Shown here piece by piece: positions 17,806 through 27,596 of a DNA stretch of 64,000 bases. The notes beneath the pieces were generated by a model. That model did no database searches. It was not told where the DNA came from and was given only the letters and a program-made list of their open reading frames with translations. Source of the stretch: a virus; IMG/VR virus record IMGVR_UViG_3300020039_000031, one strand, 5' to 3'. Position 1 is the stretch's first letter. Every line of letters starts with the position of its first letter. The position numbers were made by a program, and so were the translations under genes.

Positions 17806-19134
17806 TTAATATGGGCTGACAGGGATATGCTGTTTTGCCTCTTTGTATAAGATGTGATTCCCGTCGAACAACATATCTATATACTCAGACGACGTATGCT
17901 GCATCCCGTTTCGATTGAATACAACACGGAGCTTTTTGTTGCCACATTCCGGTCCGTCCGCTTCGATTTCCTCTTCTGTCTTGTCCGTTATCATGCAAAT
18001 TGTACTTGCATTCCTGACAATCTTGACGGAATCGGCCAATTTACCGGTTGATGTCGCTTGCGCAGCACCAATTCCAGCAATTTTCATGTCGCCACAGATT
18101 TTGTTCTTAATACAGTCTGTAAATGCTCCTAGTTCTGCATAGCTTGCGAACGCATCGGTTGTACCCTGCCCCTTGAAATAGTCAACGATCAGAACGTCGA
18201 TCCCTTGCGTATGCGCAACCTTTTTGACGGTTGTGTAGATCGTCTGCTGGTCGAACATCGGAATATACAAATGCGTAAATTTCCGTGTTTTCAGCCACTC
18301 ACGCGCCGTGTCGATCTTTGCCGCCTCATTTACGTCATACGCTCCGATTTCCAAACGCTTATACTCCACGCCTGACAGATGCGCCAAAATCCTTTTTGTG
18401 AAAAGCATATCGCTCAATTCGCTGTCTAAATACAAAACTGCTTTGTCCTGTTTTAGAAGATCGACCGCACAATTCAGGAGGAGCATTGACTTTCCCTGCT
18501 TCGCTTCCGCCGCGAATATCACAAGTTCTCCGTCTTCGATCGTTACATACTCATTCAGCGTTGGGAATTTGAAAGGGATACCGGCAAACCCTGTCCCCTG
18601 TCTTGACTGGATTTCTTTCCAGCACTGATCCACAACATCTGAATATGGAAGAATGTCATCGACGGTCGAATAACTTGTGAGGATCTCGTCGATCGTCGCG
18701 TACACCTGTTCCTGGATGTTTTCTGCGTTCCGATCACAACACAAACGCTGGCAATCGGACAGTTTTTGGTACATTTCCCTGCGAAATGCCGCATCAATCA
18801 CGTTTGAAACCAGGATTTTATACTCTTCCGGAGTCCTTCTGGCGAGCACATCGCTCATACTTATGAGCTCCTGCAGCATATCAATGGATAGTTCGCTTGC
18901 AAATTGCCGTGTGGATTCCTCGGTGTTCAAAACCTCGATGATGTTGTAAGGATCTACCGTTGATATTCCGCGCTTCGCAAGATTGCAGATCGCAGTATAA
19001 ACATACCTGTTGTCTTTGCGCGTAAAGTGTTCAGGCAGGAGCTGCTCAGAGTAGAACGACAGCTCCGGGTTATGTATGAGAGACGCAATGATACCGCTCT
19101 CGCTGTCTATGCTGTTGATATCATCAATTCTCAT
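17806..19134 (-). CDS. DnaB-like replicative helicase
   Basis: 442 aa, RecA-like core with AAEAKQGKS Walker A and LIVDYFK Walker B. Confidence 0.65.
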   Translation of the reverse strand: MRIDDINSIDSESGIIASLIHNPELSFYSEQLLPEHFTRKDNRYVYTAICNLAKRGISTVDPYNIIEVLNTEESTRQFASELSIDMLQELISMSDVLARRTPEEYKILVSNVIDAAFRREMYQKLSDCQRLCCDRNAENIQEQVYATIDEILTSYSTVDDILPYSDVVDQCWKEIQSRQGTGFAGIPFKFPTLNEYVTIEDGELVIFAAEAKQGKSMLLLNCAVDLLKQDKAVLYLDSELSDMLFTKRILAHLSGVEYKRLEIGAYDVNEAAKIDTAREWLKTRKFTHLYIPMFDQQTIYTTVKKVAHTQGIDVLIVDYFKGQGTTDAFASYAELGAFTDCIKNKICGDMKIAGIGAAQATSTGKLADSVKIVRNASTICMITDKTEEEIEADGPECGNKKLRVVFNRNGMQHTSSEYIDMLFDGNHILYKEAKQHIPVSPY

Positions 19135-19952
19135 AGTCCACGGACATTCCTCCTCTCATTCATACTTTCAATGTCATATTTGCAATGACGATTGACGCCG
19201 CATATCCAAAAGCATGAGAATAGATCCTGCTTCGGAGGGAACTCCGCTGTGTTCTCGATCTTTTTTACCGTGTCAATTACCCATTGTTTCGCCTCCTCGT
19301 ATGCTTCCTGCTTGAATGGCTCAACGATAAGCTCATTTGACCGGAAGCAGTTGAAGCATAAGTAATTCGGCAATTTCCCGTAATTCTGTTCAACGGCGAT
19401 CGAATAGACATAGAGCTGCCTGAGCATCTTATCTAGTTCTTTGTCCTTCAGTGTCGGCTTTGCCCGATTGCTCCTCGGACTCAATTTCCTGGATTTATGA
19501 TCGACGATATACAATTCGTCGTCCTTCTCTCCAAGATAATCAATAATACCGATCATCTGTATATCCGGTTCCCCATCTCTTTGGATGGAAAACCGGACCC
19601 TTTTCTCAATATCGATCACATTGAACGGAAGCGGGTCAAATGCCTGTAGGTAATTGACTCCGTTCTGAATGTATTTGGACAGGATTTTTTCTGACGGTCT
19701 TTTCCCAACGACCTTCTCCTGAAAATCCGCGATAAACTCCATGACAAGCTCAGACCGATCTTTTTTGCCGGTATAAAACTGTTCGAGCAAATGGTGCATG
19801 AACGAACCGAAGCTCGCGTAGAACTTATCCTCGTCTTGGAAGTTCAGAAGATAATGCAGAAACCATCTATATGGGCAATCCTCAAACGCTTCCAGCCTTG
19901 AGTAGCTCCATACCATGTCCTGAATGAGCGGCTTATAATCGATAGCCGTCAT
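19131..19952 (-). CDS. PD-(D/E)XK nuclease, Cas4/RecB-like with C-terminal Cys cluster
   Basis: IIDYLGE...IVDHKSRK (D..D/E.K) and C-terminal CFNCF...CFWIC...HC cysteines. Confidence 0.55.
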   Translation of the reverse strand: MTAIDYKPLIQDMVWSYSRLEAFEDCPYRWFLHYLLNFQDEDKFYASFGSFMHHLLEQFYTGKKDRSELVMEFIADFQEKVVGKRPSEKILSKYIQNGVNYLQAFDPLPFNVIDIEKRVRFSIQRDGEPDIQMIGIIDYLGEKDDELYIVDHKSRKLSPRSNRAKPTLKDKELDKMLRQLYVYSIAVEQNYGKLPNYLCFNCFRSNELIVEPFKQEAYEEAKQWVIDTVKKIENTAEFPPKQDLFSCFWICGVNRHCKYDIESMNERRNVRGL

Positions 19953-19963
19953 TTAACGACGCC

Positions 19964-20347
19964 TCAGAACGGCAGACGGCTATCAGAGCCAGACGCTTCC
20001 GGCTCTCCATCATCTACGCCACCGGCAGATCCGTTGTTTGAGCCTTTCGCATCCCGATCACTGACATCAAACGAAAAAACCTTGAAGTCAGTATAGGTGA
20101 CCTTCTTCTCCTTGTCGTATGTAGTGGAAACATCCACATCACCGAGCTTGATCGTATCTCCGACGCTCAAACGCGACGCCTTATCGGCGGCCGCCGTTCC
20201 GATGCACGCTACATATCCGCTGAAATCCTGGACGTATTCGTCCTCGCCGCGTTTCTTACGGCTGATGGAAATACGGATTTTCGTCATCGAGTTGGAGATC
20301 GGCTTGATTTCCCAGATTTTGCAGTAGGCTCCAGTACGAAAACCCAT
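19964..20347 (-). CDS. ssb: single-stranded DNA-binding protein
   Basis: OB-fold size, Gly/Asp-rich tail ending DSRLPF (SSB-type D-D-I-P-F tail). Confidence 0.6.
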   Translation of the reverse strand: MGFRTGAYCKIWEIKPISNSMTKIRISISRKKRGEDEYVQDFSGYVACIGTAAADKASRLSVGDTIKLGDVDVSTTYDKEKKVTYTDFKVFSFDVSDRDAKGSNNGSAGGVDDGEPEASGSDSRLPF

Positions 20348-20350
20348 CTC

Positions 20351-21028
20351 TCACGCCTCCTTCTTAAAAGTATTCTTGAAATCTTCAAGCATCTTTGCCG
20401 CTACCGCAGACTCTTTGATGTTGAAGTAATTTCCGCCCTTCACATACTTACTTGCAAAGTCGCGGATCTCTTCGGTGGAACCACCGTTCGAGATATAATC
20501 CTTGAATTCTTTATCGATGATATTGACGATCTGCTCTGCAAGCGCACGATCTTCCGCGGCTTCCGCCTCGCGCTGCTTGTTTCGCCAGTTGTCAGGATCA
20601 TCGTTCGGAGTGGCGACCCCGAAGTATTTCAGAAGGAAGTAGCGATAGGCATACGTCAGACCGGAACCAAAGCTCTGCGACGCATCGCTCTGCTGACCGG
20701 TAAGCGCCCACGGCACACGAATCACCTCATTCGGCGCGTCGTTATTGATCCAGACAAATTCCATGTCTGCGTTGACGAGGATCTCATTGACGATCTCTTC
20801 TTCGCCCTTTTTGATCTTCGTATATGTATAAGGCTCTACTGTGAATGTGTTCGGCACGATACTTGGGATAAGCGAGAGCCCATGCTTATCCATAACGCCC
20901 GTGATGCGAGCAAGTAACTCGTCATCTGTGACGTATTTGTACCCATAACCGCTGGCATTCTTCTGCACGACCTCGACGGCCTTGCGGACCTTTGCCAATT
21001 TCTGATAGATGTTCAGCGTTTCTGCCAT
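20351..21028 (-). CDS. ERF-family single-strand annealing protein
   Basis: N-terminus IYQKLAKVRKAV...YGYKYVTDDELL matches the ERF signature. Confidence 0.5.
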   Translation of the reverse strand: MAETLNIYQKLAKVRKAVEVVQKNASGYGYKYVTDDELLARITGVMDKHGLSLIPSIVPNTFTVEPYTYTKIKKGEEEIVNEILVNADMEFVWINNDAPNEVIRVPWALTGQQSDASQSFGSGLTYAYRYFLLKYFGVATPNDDPDNWRNKQREAEAAEDRALAEQIVNIIDKEFKDYISNGGSTEEIRDFASKYVKGGNYFNIKESAVAAKMLEDFKNTFKKEA

Positions 21029-21196
21029 TCAATTCCTCCAATACAAGAAATTTGTTATCTGATCGCCATGCTAACCAGCTACATTCTTCATGGAGCACCT
21101 TCCTTTCCGTTCTGCGTTTTTGATGCAGATAATTTTATTGTTTTGATATATGTAAAGAAAAGCACCCGCCGAAGCGGGTGTTTCGTTCACTCGTTA

Positions 21197-22183
21197 TTAA
21201 AGGATCACCCATGCTACTTTCCAGCGTTCATAATCCCGCATGTAGTCTCGTTCGATCTGACGTTGTTTTGCCTCAATCGTGTTTCTTCCGCTGTCCAGTT
21301 TATACGACTCGCCTTTTCGCCGCTCGACGCTGTGTTCCATAAATCTCGCGGCGTCTTCCGAGAAGTCTACCGGTAATCCTCGAACTTCCCGTTCATACAT
21401 ACGGTAGAAAATCCCGGATATTTGTACGCGATGATGGCTGAGCTTCATTTTTGTCCGCCCACTGTCTATCGCGTCCTTGGTGCGATGCGAAAGCTCGCCT
21501 CTTATACCTTTGCTTGTCGGTTTTGATGTAAAACCGCGAATCAACGTATCGCCTTGAGCTCTGATGCGCGTGATAATCTTCTTATCTGCCGTGTAATTAC
21601 TGTTCTTATAAACGAATGTCGGCAGTGTTGCCGCATTTCTAAAAGCAAGGAGTCCCTCTTCGTAGATGCGATATGTCTCGCCGCCAAATGTGACGGTTAA
21701 GTGATCCAGATCAACATCGGAGCATTTCACGCTCAGTATATCCTGTTCTCTGAGTCCGGCATACGCAAGCCAGTAGAAGCAGCGATGGATATTGCTTACC
21801 ATCTGCTCTGTTTCCGGCTCAAAAATTTCGTTCAGACATTGTTGCAGATGTACCGGGTTCTTTACGGTCATATTCCTGATATTGCCGAGGCCGAGCGTAT
21901 CAATAGACAAGATACCCCTCTGAACTGTGTTGTCCCCTTGACCGATCAGCCACTTGATATAGTTCCTGATAATGATCATGTAATTCATCCGAACTCGCTC
22001 GCGAAGTCCTGCGATCTGCTCGAATATGGGACGCAATTCTTCCGGTGACCTTGTTGAAAAATCGGCTCCCCATTCTTCCTCATATGGAGCCAGCGCCTCA
22101 AAAACCTGTTCGCATGTGCGCGCACGTTTTGAGTTCTCTATCTGTTCCGAGATATAGCGGCGCTTTTGTTCTTCATTGTACAT
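21197..22183 (-). CDS. MYNEE-paralog 1, divergent tyrosine-recombinase-like protein
   Basis: AGLREQDILSVKCSDVDLDHL resembles integrase box I; the C-terminal LSHHRV...IFYRMY is only loosely box II-like; paralog of 60346..61287. Confidence 0.3.
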   Translation of the reverse strand: MYNEEQKRRYISEQIENSKRARTCEQVFEALAPYEEEWGADFSTRSPEELRPIFEQIAGLRERVRMNYMIIIRNYIKWLIGQGDNTVQRGILSIDTLGLGNIRNMTVKNPVHLQQCLNEIFEPETEQMVSNIHRCFYWLAYAGLREQDILSVKCSDVDLDHLTVTFGGETYRIYEEGLLAFRNAATLPTFVYKNSNYTADKKIITRIRAQGDTLIRGFTSKPTSKGIRGELSHRTKDAIDSGRTKMKLSHHRVQISGIFYRMYEREVRGLPVDFSEDAARFMEHSVERRKGESYKLDSGRNTIEAKQRQIERDYMRDYERWKVAWVIL

Positions 22184-22211
22184 AGCAACACCTCCAGTCT
22201 ATGTAGGGGCG

Positions 22212-22637
22212 TTATGCCGGAAGAACTGCGTTCATCCTTGCCGCCCTTTCCCACAGAGCCTTCAGTATCTCTGGGTTTATATAGCATATGGCCGATGATG
22301 CCAGAAGATTTGCCTCCGCAACCTTCGCCATATACTCTTGTGGTAGTGTCGTCATGTACTTTTGGAGCTTTTGCTTCGATATACATACCGGATTTTCACA
22401 GAGAACCATACTGTCCATCTTCAATCCGGTTCCCTTCGCCGGTACCAGCACATGCGTTGGCTGATTTGTCTTCTTGTATTTACTTGTGAGTGGAAGAACT
22501 ATGACATTCGGACTGTGCATATTCCCGATATTGTTCTGGAATATCACTGCTGGTCGCACTCCGGTCTGTTCGCTGCCAGATCCTTCAAATCGGACCATAT
22601 ACACCTCGCCTATGCGGGGAGTCTTGCTTGTATTCAT
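22212..22637 (-). CDS. MazF/PemK-family mRNA interferase toxin (with a C-terminal extension)
   Basis: IGEVYMVRFEGSGSEQTGVRPAVIFQNNIGNMHSPNVIVLPLTSK is a classic PemK core; M at 22637 is preferred over the TTG at 22700. Confidence 0.55.
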   Translation of the reverse strand: MNTSKTPRIGEVYMVRFEGSGSEQTGVRPAVIFQNNIGNMHSPNVIVLPLTSKYKKTNQPTHVLVPAKGTGLKMDSMVLCENPVCISKQKLQKYMTTLPQEYMAKVAEANLLASSAICYINPEILKALWERAARMNAVLPA

Positions 22638-22765
22638 TTGTGGGCGTGTACTCCTTTGCTTTATGTACGGAGTATAGCACGACCCGTGGTCGAATGTCAA
22701 GTCAATTTTTTCGTTTACATGCCACCCATATCTGTTTTACCTTGCGAGAGTAAGAAAAATAGTTC

Positions 22766-22978
22766 CTACCCGCTTATAACATCCATCACGTTGAATTTGG
22801 ATTCCAGTTCCATTGGCGATCTTGTTTTGCCGAGCTTCTTCAGCTCGGCATCGACCACTTCGTATAAGAAATAATAATCGCGCAACGGCTTACTTGTAAC
22901 AATGAACTTGAGCTCGTGGTTTTTGTTGTAGTAACCCGTCCAAACGATCTCACCGCGTGGGTATCTCATTAAGTACAC
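22766..22978 (-). CDS. hypothetical 70-aa protein upstream of the MazF-like gene
   Basis: sits where an antitoxin would be, but has no recognisable MazE/AbrB fold. Confidence 0.3.
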   Translation of the reverse strand: MYLMRYPRGEIVWTGYYNKNHELKFIVTSKPLRDYYFLYEVVDAELKKLGKTRSPMELESKFNVMDVISG

Positions 22979-23043
22979 CCCATCAAGCAGGGTCTAATCC
23001 TCTGCGGCGCAGAGGATTAGACCCGGTAATTATTTCTAACAAC

Positions 23044-24207
23044 TCAAATTTTTCTCAAAACGGATACGCAAGACGCCATGATCTGGCCGGCGCTGTCCGC
23101 GTCGTCCAGTGTCGTATTCTTAGAGAAAGACACACGGATCGTGTTCCTGGCATCGCTTTCGCTCAGACCTGCGGCCATCAAAACACGACTCGGCTCGGAG
23201 CTGTGTCCGTGACACGCGGAACCAGCGGAGGCGCACACTCCCTTTGAGTCCAACATCAAAAGCAATGCCTCGCTATCCACCCTGTCGAACCGCAAGCTCA
23301 CGATTTTCCCTTTATGGATAACAGGGTCTCCGTTTACATGTACTACACTATCGAGATCGAGCTGATGCAAAGATTCCATCAGCGAAGTGTAAAACTGTTG
23401 CTTTACGGCCTCAATTCGTACCTCTGTATCATGAAACTCCGTCTGTGCAATTTCGCACGCCTTACCAAAGCCTACGATACCGGCCACATTCTCTGTACCG
23501 CCTCTCAGACCGTACTCCTGCTCTGACCCGCCATAGATCATCGGCATAATAATGTGTTTGTTTTTCGCAAAAACCGCACCGACACCTTTCGGTCCGTGGA
23601 TCTTATGAGCCGATATGGTTAAGAAATCACATCCCAGCTCATTGGCATCGAGTTCATATGTCCCGGCCGCCTGAACACAGTCTGTATGGAGCAGTACTCC
23701 ATACCTGTTGCACAGATCCGCGATGCTCGAAATTTCATTGACTGTTCCGAGCTCGTTATTGACATACATGATGCTGCAAAGCCCGCTTTCAAGCAGTTTT
23801 TCCTTGGAAAAGTCACGCAAATTGACCTTTCCGCCCATAAAAATGGGTAAAAACTCTGTATGAAAGACAGGTTTCATAGCCAGTGCTTTTACTGCGCGAA
23901 TGACGCTGTCGTGCTCGCCCATCGATGTGATGATCCCGGTTCTTCCGATCTTCTCCAAATAGGGAGCGACGCCCTGGATCACCAGATTGTTCCCTTCACT
24001 CCCGCCGGATGTAAATATCACCTGATCCGGTTCGCAGTTCAGGAATTTCGCTACCTGCTCCCTCGCATGGTCGATCGCCTGACTCGCCTTTCGTCCAAGG
24101 CTATGCAAAGAACCGGCGTTGCCGTATTCGTTTGTGAGATATGGAAGCATAGCTTCAAGTACCTGCGGATCGATCTTCGTCGTGGCGGCGCTGTCCAAGT
24201 AGATCAT
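23044..24207 (-). CDS. cysteine desulfurase (NifS/IscS, class V aminotransferase)
   Basis: SGGSEGNN, PLP-lysine SAHKIHGPKG, C-terminal SAGSACHG persulfide cysteine. Confidence 0.85.
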   Translation of the reverse strand: MIYLDSAATTKIDPQVLEAMLPYLTNEYGNAGSLHSLGRKASQAIDHAREQVAKFLNCEPDQVIFTSGGSEGNNLVIQGVAPYLEKIGRTGIITSMGEHDSVIRAVKALAMKPVFHTEFLPIFMGGKVNLRDFSKEKLLESGLCSIMYVNNELGTVNEISSIADLCNRYGVLLHTDCVQAAGTYELDANELGCDFLTISAHKIHGPKGVGAVFAKNKHIIMPMIYGGSEQEYGLRGGTENVAGIVGFGKACEIAQTEFHDTEVRIEAVKQQFYTSLMESLHQLDLDSVVHVNGDPVIHKGKIVSLRFDRVDSEALLLMLDSKGVCASAGSACHGHSSEPSRVLMAAGLSESDARNTIRVSFSKNTTLDDADSAGQIMASCVSVLRKI

Positions 24208-24788
24208 TACAGACCAGTCCTTTCCAGAATTTCCTCAAGAGTCCTCGGCGTGTAGTCCATCCACGGCATCATGCACCCAACATTGATAATTCGTCCGCGG
24301 TTGTCGCCACCGCCCTCGTAGTTTGCACGTATCATATCGCGGAAAGCCTCCAGATATAGGTTCTCCCTCGTTACATGAACGTGGCCGCACAGCATGATCG
24401 TGTTAGGATTGTAGCTGTGTGGATAGAAGAGGATCGGGTAATGGCACATGACAACTTCGTAATCGCCATCATGGATTGTTTTGAGCTCCTTGATATCTTG
24501 GAAGCACTTGCGCACTTTCCCAGAATAGTGTTTCAGATCATGGTTGCCAATAATAAGAACTTTGTTGCCCTTTAACTCTTTCAGGAGTTCAGGCCAGCGA
24601 GCCTCATTCTTCCATATCATATCCCCGAGAACGTAGACTGTATCCCCAGGTAAGACGACAGAGTTCCACCGGCGCATCAGTTCCAAATCCATCTCCTCCA
24701 CCGAATTGAATGGGCGGTTGTCAAACTTAATGACGTTTGCATGTCCGAAGTGTAGGTCAGATATGTAGTAGTTCGCTATGTAGCTCAC
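24207..24788 (-). CDS. calcineurin-like metallophosphoesterase
   Basis: DLHFGH, GDMIW, GNHD, CGHVH motifs. Confidence 0.7.
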   Translation of the reverse strand: MSYIANYYISDLHFGHANVIKFDNRPFNSVEEMDLELMRRWNSVVLPGDTVYVLGDMIWKNEARWPELLKELKGNKVLIIGNHDLKHYSGKVRKCFQDIKELKTIHDGDYEVVMCHYPILFYPHSYNPNTIMLCGHVHVTRENLYLEAFRDMIRANYEGGGDNRGRIINVGCMMPWMDYTPRTLEEILERTGL

Positions 24789-25390
24789 CTGCCTTTCATC
24801 ATTTCCAGTTGGTTCATCATTTCATCAAGAGCCTGCTCGCGTTCTCTGCCCGCAAGCTCCTGTATGCGATCGATATCTTTTTGTACGACTTGCGCAAAGC
24901 TCTCCATCTCAGCGTTTTGTCTATCTATTTCTCTGCGCAGTTTAAGTTCCCTCTCGACCTTTCGTCTGAAGCGATTGTATTTCAAGGCCTGAAAATAGTT
25001 TTTGAAGTATATACGCTGTTTACCTTTGTAGATCGGTTGTGACGTAGGAGAATACGTCAGTGTTATGTATTTTTCTCCATTGGGGATGGTTTTCTCACAA
25101 AAAACCCTTCTCGTTTCGTACTCTTCGTCACAGTAGGCAACCGCGTACCAGTCGTTGTCAATCTCGTATCGGTTAGGATTGATAGCGAAAAAAGAGGCGA
25201 ACTGATCAAATGTCAATTTAACAGAAGAATCGTACTCTCCGTCCGTTTTTGATTTTCTGTAACTCATTGGACTGTTTGAACAAAACAGATCTAGCAAGAA
25301 AATAGGCAACCCAAGCACCATCGTGAATGCCCAAAATAATACAAAAAGCCTCAACTTACATACCCTCGGTCGTGATGAATTCCCGCCCAT
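24785..25390 (-). CDS. membrane-anchored coiled-coil protein
   Basis: N-terminal TM helix, C-terminal heptad-rich region. Confidence 0.35.
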   Translation of the reverse strand: MGGNSSRPRVCKLRLFVLFWAFTMVLGLPIFLLDLFCSNSPMSYRKSKTDGEYDSSVKLTFDQFASFFAINPNRYEIDNDWYAVAYCDEEYETRRVFCEKTIPNGEKYITLTYSPTSQPIYKGKQRIYFKNYFQALKYNRFRRKVERELKLRREIDRQNAEMESFAQVVQKDIDRIQELAGREREQALDEMMNQLEMMKGR

Positions 25391-27584
25391 CGTCCGATGC
25401 GTAAAACATCTTGCGGAGCGTGCAGATATCCTTCGGGATCGTGTCTACATCATCACGGTCATGGAGTGTGCGTACCCAACCGTAAAAACGATTGGCAAGC
25501 GCTGTCGTCAGAGCTGATGTACGTTTACCGTCAATATGACCTTTGCGGATAGCCTCGTGCGCAACGCCGCGCATAAATTTCCAGAAGTTGTAGTAAGCCA
25601 GCTTGAGCTTAATCATATACCCTGTTGAATCTTCGATTACAAAGCCTTCGATATGGCGTCCTTGGTACATGTATTCCGGGTCTGTTACTTCGTAATACCA
25701 GTCAAAGAATTCGGGCCACTCATGAAGCACGAACGCTTTTTCCTTGCAGCGCAGGCTAAAAGCGGCGGCGACCTCTTTCAGTTGCTCATACGGCATCTTC
25801 GTGCATTTCAGGTCGTTTTTGATAATGTCCAGCAGGTAGAGACAGTTACCTGAATACTCAATGATGTGTGGATCATGAACCATGTCCACACACTCGAAGA
25901 CCATCGTGACATCATTCTCTTTCAGATATTGCTTGATGCGCTCGCGAACACCGGGAGCGACCGTCTCAAAAATCCCGCGCAGCCAAACAGCGTAGTCTCC
26001 GTCCGGAGAGGATTTGGTTGTGATAAATAGATTATCCTTGTCATGGTCATAGCTGATCAGGCTGAGGAACCCGTTTTCTTTCACATACGCAGTTACCGGG
26101 AAGACCAGCTTGGATTCCAGCATATCGAATTTCGTCTCGGGGCGCTCATTGATATTGAAGAACTTATCGTAAGCTCTTGCCACGATCTTTGCCTTTGGGA
26201 CATTAATGTAAAGCCCGCGTGCCTTCATCGTCTGCTCGTCCCACACCTTATCGTAGAATGCGCTCTTGGTGAAATTAAAGGATGAGATGTCTCCGTAACG
26301 TTTCTCTTGAATGTACTTGTTCTCCCGCATTTCGAGGATCACATCAGCAACATTCGTTGTCTTTTTGGGCTCATATACAACGACCTCTTCCGGCTCACGA
26401 AAAACCGTGTTCTTGATTTCCACCGTCTTGAAACCATCCGCTGACAACTGGACTACACGGAGCTCACCGCCAAACTCGACCCGTCCTTCCAGATTGAACA
26501 CTCTCTCATTCACCTGAACCGGCAGATGCTTTGTGTTCCGATGCCCGTGAATTTGATATGTATTCTCTGGTGTATTCGCAACAAAAGCGTTGGCGACCTT
26601 CTCGAAATCGTTATAGTTCCCCACGCCCTTGATCATCTGCTGAGTAGCTACGAGCGTCATGTTCTCTGGAATACAGCTCAGGCCGGCATGAGTTACGAGA
26701 ACCGTCTTATCACCGTATGAGTACCAAGCGCACTGTCCCATACGCCGGTAAAGTTGTCTCATTGCCTTTCGGTCAATCTTCGCGTCCTGAAGTTCTGCCT
26801 TCGTGTGCAGTTCAAAATCCTTGGATTTCGCCACTCCATCACATCCATACGTCCAGAGCCAACGCTCATGATTGCCCTCAAGGAGAAGTACGTTATCACG
26901 CCCGACAATATCCATGAGGAAGTTGATCACCTGTACATTCTCGATCCCTCGGTCAATGTAGTCTCCGCAGAAGATGTAGAACTCATCATCTTTTAGCGTC
27001 CCCTCATTATTGAAGTACTGTTGAAGTACTGTCCAGCATCCGTGAATGTCACCGATATGATGAATCTTCTTATAGTTGGAAAGATCGATCTTCCGCATCC
27101 ATATCTTATCCAGCTCATCCGGCTGGATGACCGTGATACCGGACGGGATCTTCTGCGTGGCAAACCTCGCGTACATACGGTCGATCGCCTCGTCAGGAAC
27201 CTGTTTGATCTCGGGACGCATCTTGTTCTGTGCCTTGCACCATTCGATAGGCAATCCGGTGAAGTCAACGCAGTAGATACGGTACCGGTATGTATCGCAC
27301 ATGTCTTTATAACGCTTCATCTCGATCGTTTTGGAGTTCGTGGCGTCGATCACCGTGAACGCGCCGTTCTGCATACGAGTTTCCAGCAGGCGAAACAGCG
27401 TATTCCAAACCACCTGATCGCTCGTGACATTGATCGCCCGCCCTCCGTCAACCGTCATGACCGGTCCGGCGCACATCAGACGAATATCATCAGCGGACAG
27501 CGCGTATGGCGTCAGCCCGTGTTCTTTGATCCATGTCGTCTTGCCGCAGCCAGGAGCTCCGCGCAGCAAAAGCAATACTCTCAT
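25356..27584 (-). CDS. polynucleotide kinase-phosphatase with ligase-like C-terminal domain (Pnkp-like RNA repair enzyme)
   Basis: P-loop GAPGCGKTT; calcineurin motifs GDIHGC/GDYIDRG/GNHE; ligase motif I KENG, EGFVIED, KLKL. Confidence 0.65.
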   Translation of the reverse strand: MRVLLLLRGAPGCGKTTWIKEHGLTPYALSADDIRLMCAGPVMTVDGGRAINVTSDQVVWNTLFRLLETRMQNGAFTVIDATNSKTIEMKRYKDMCDTYRYRIYCVDFTGLPIEWCKAQNKMRPEIKQVPDEAIDRMYARFATQKIPSGITVIQPDELDKIWMRKIDLSNYKKIHHIGDIHGCWTVLQQYFNNEGTLKDDEFYIFCGDYIDRGIENVQVINFLMDIVGRDNVLLLEGNHERWLWTYGCDGVAKSKDFELHTKAELQDAKIDRKAMRQLYRRMGQCAWYSYGDKTVLVTHAGLSCIPENMTLVATQQMIKGVGNYNDFEKVANAFVANTPENTYQIHGHRNTKHLPVQVNERVFNLEGRVEFGGELRVVQLSADGFKTVEIKNTVFREPEEVVVYEPKKTTNVADVILEMRENKYIQEKRYGDISSFNFTKSAFYDKVWDEQTMKARGLYINVPKAKIVARAYDKFFNINERPETKFDMLESKLVFPVTAYVKENGFLSLISYDHDKDNLFITTKSSPDGDYAVWLRGIFETVAPGVRERIKQYLKENDVTMVFECVDMVHDPHIIEYSGNCLYLLDIIKNDLKCTKMPYEQLKEVAAAFSLRCKEKAFVLHEWPEFFDWYYEVTDPEYMYQGRHIEGFVIEDSTGYMIKLKLAYYNFWKFMRGVAHEAIRKGHIDGKRTSALTTALANRFYGWVRTLHDRDDVDTIPKDICTLRKMFYASDDGREFITTEGM

Positions 27585-27596
27585 TGCATACCTCCT

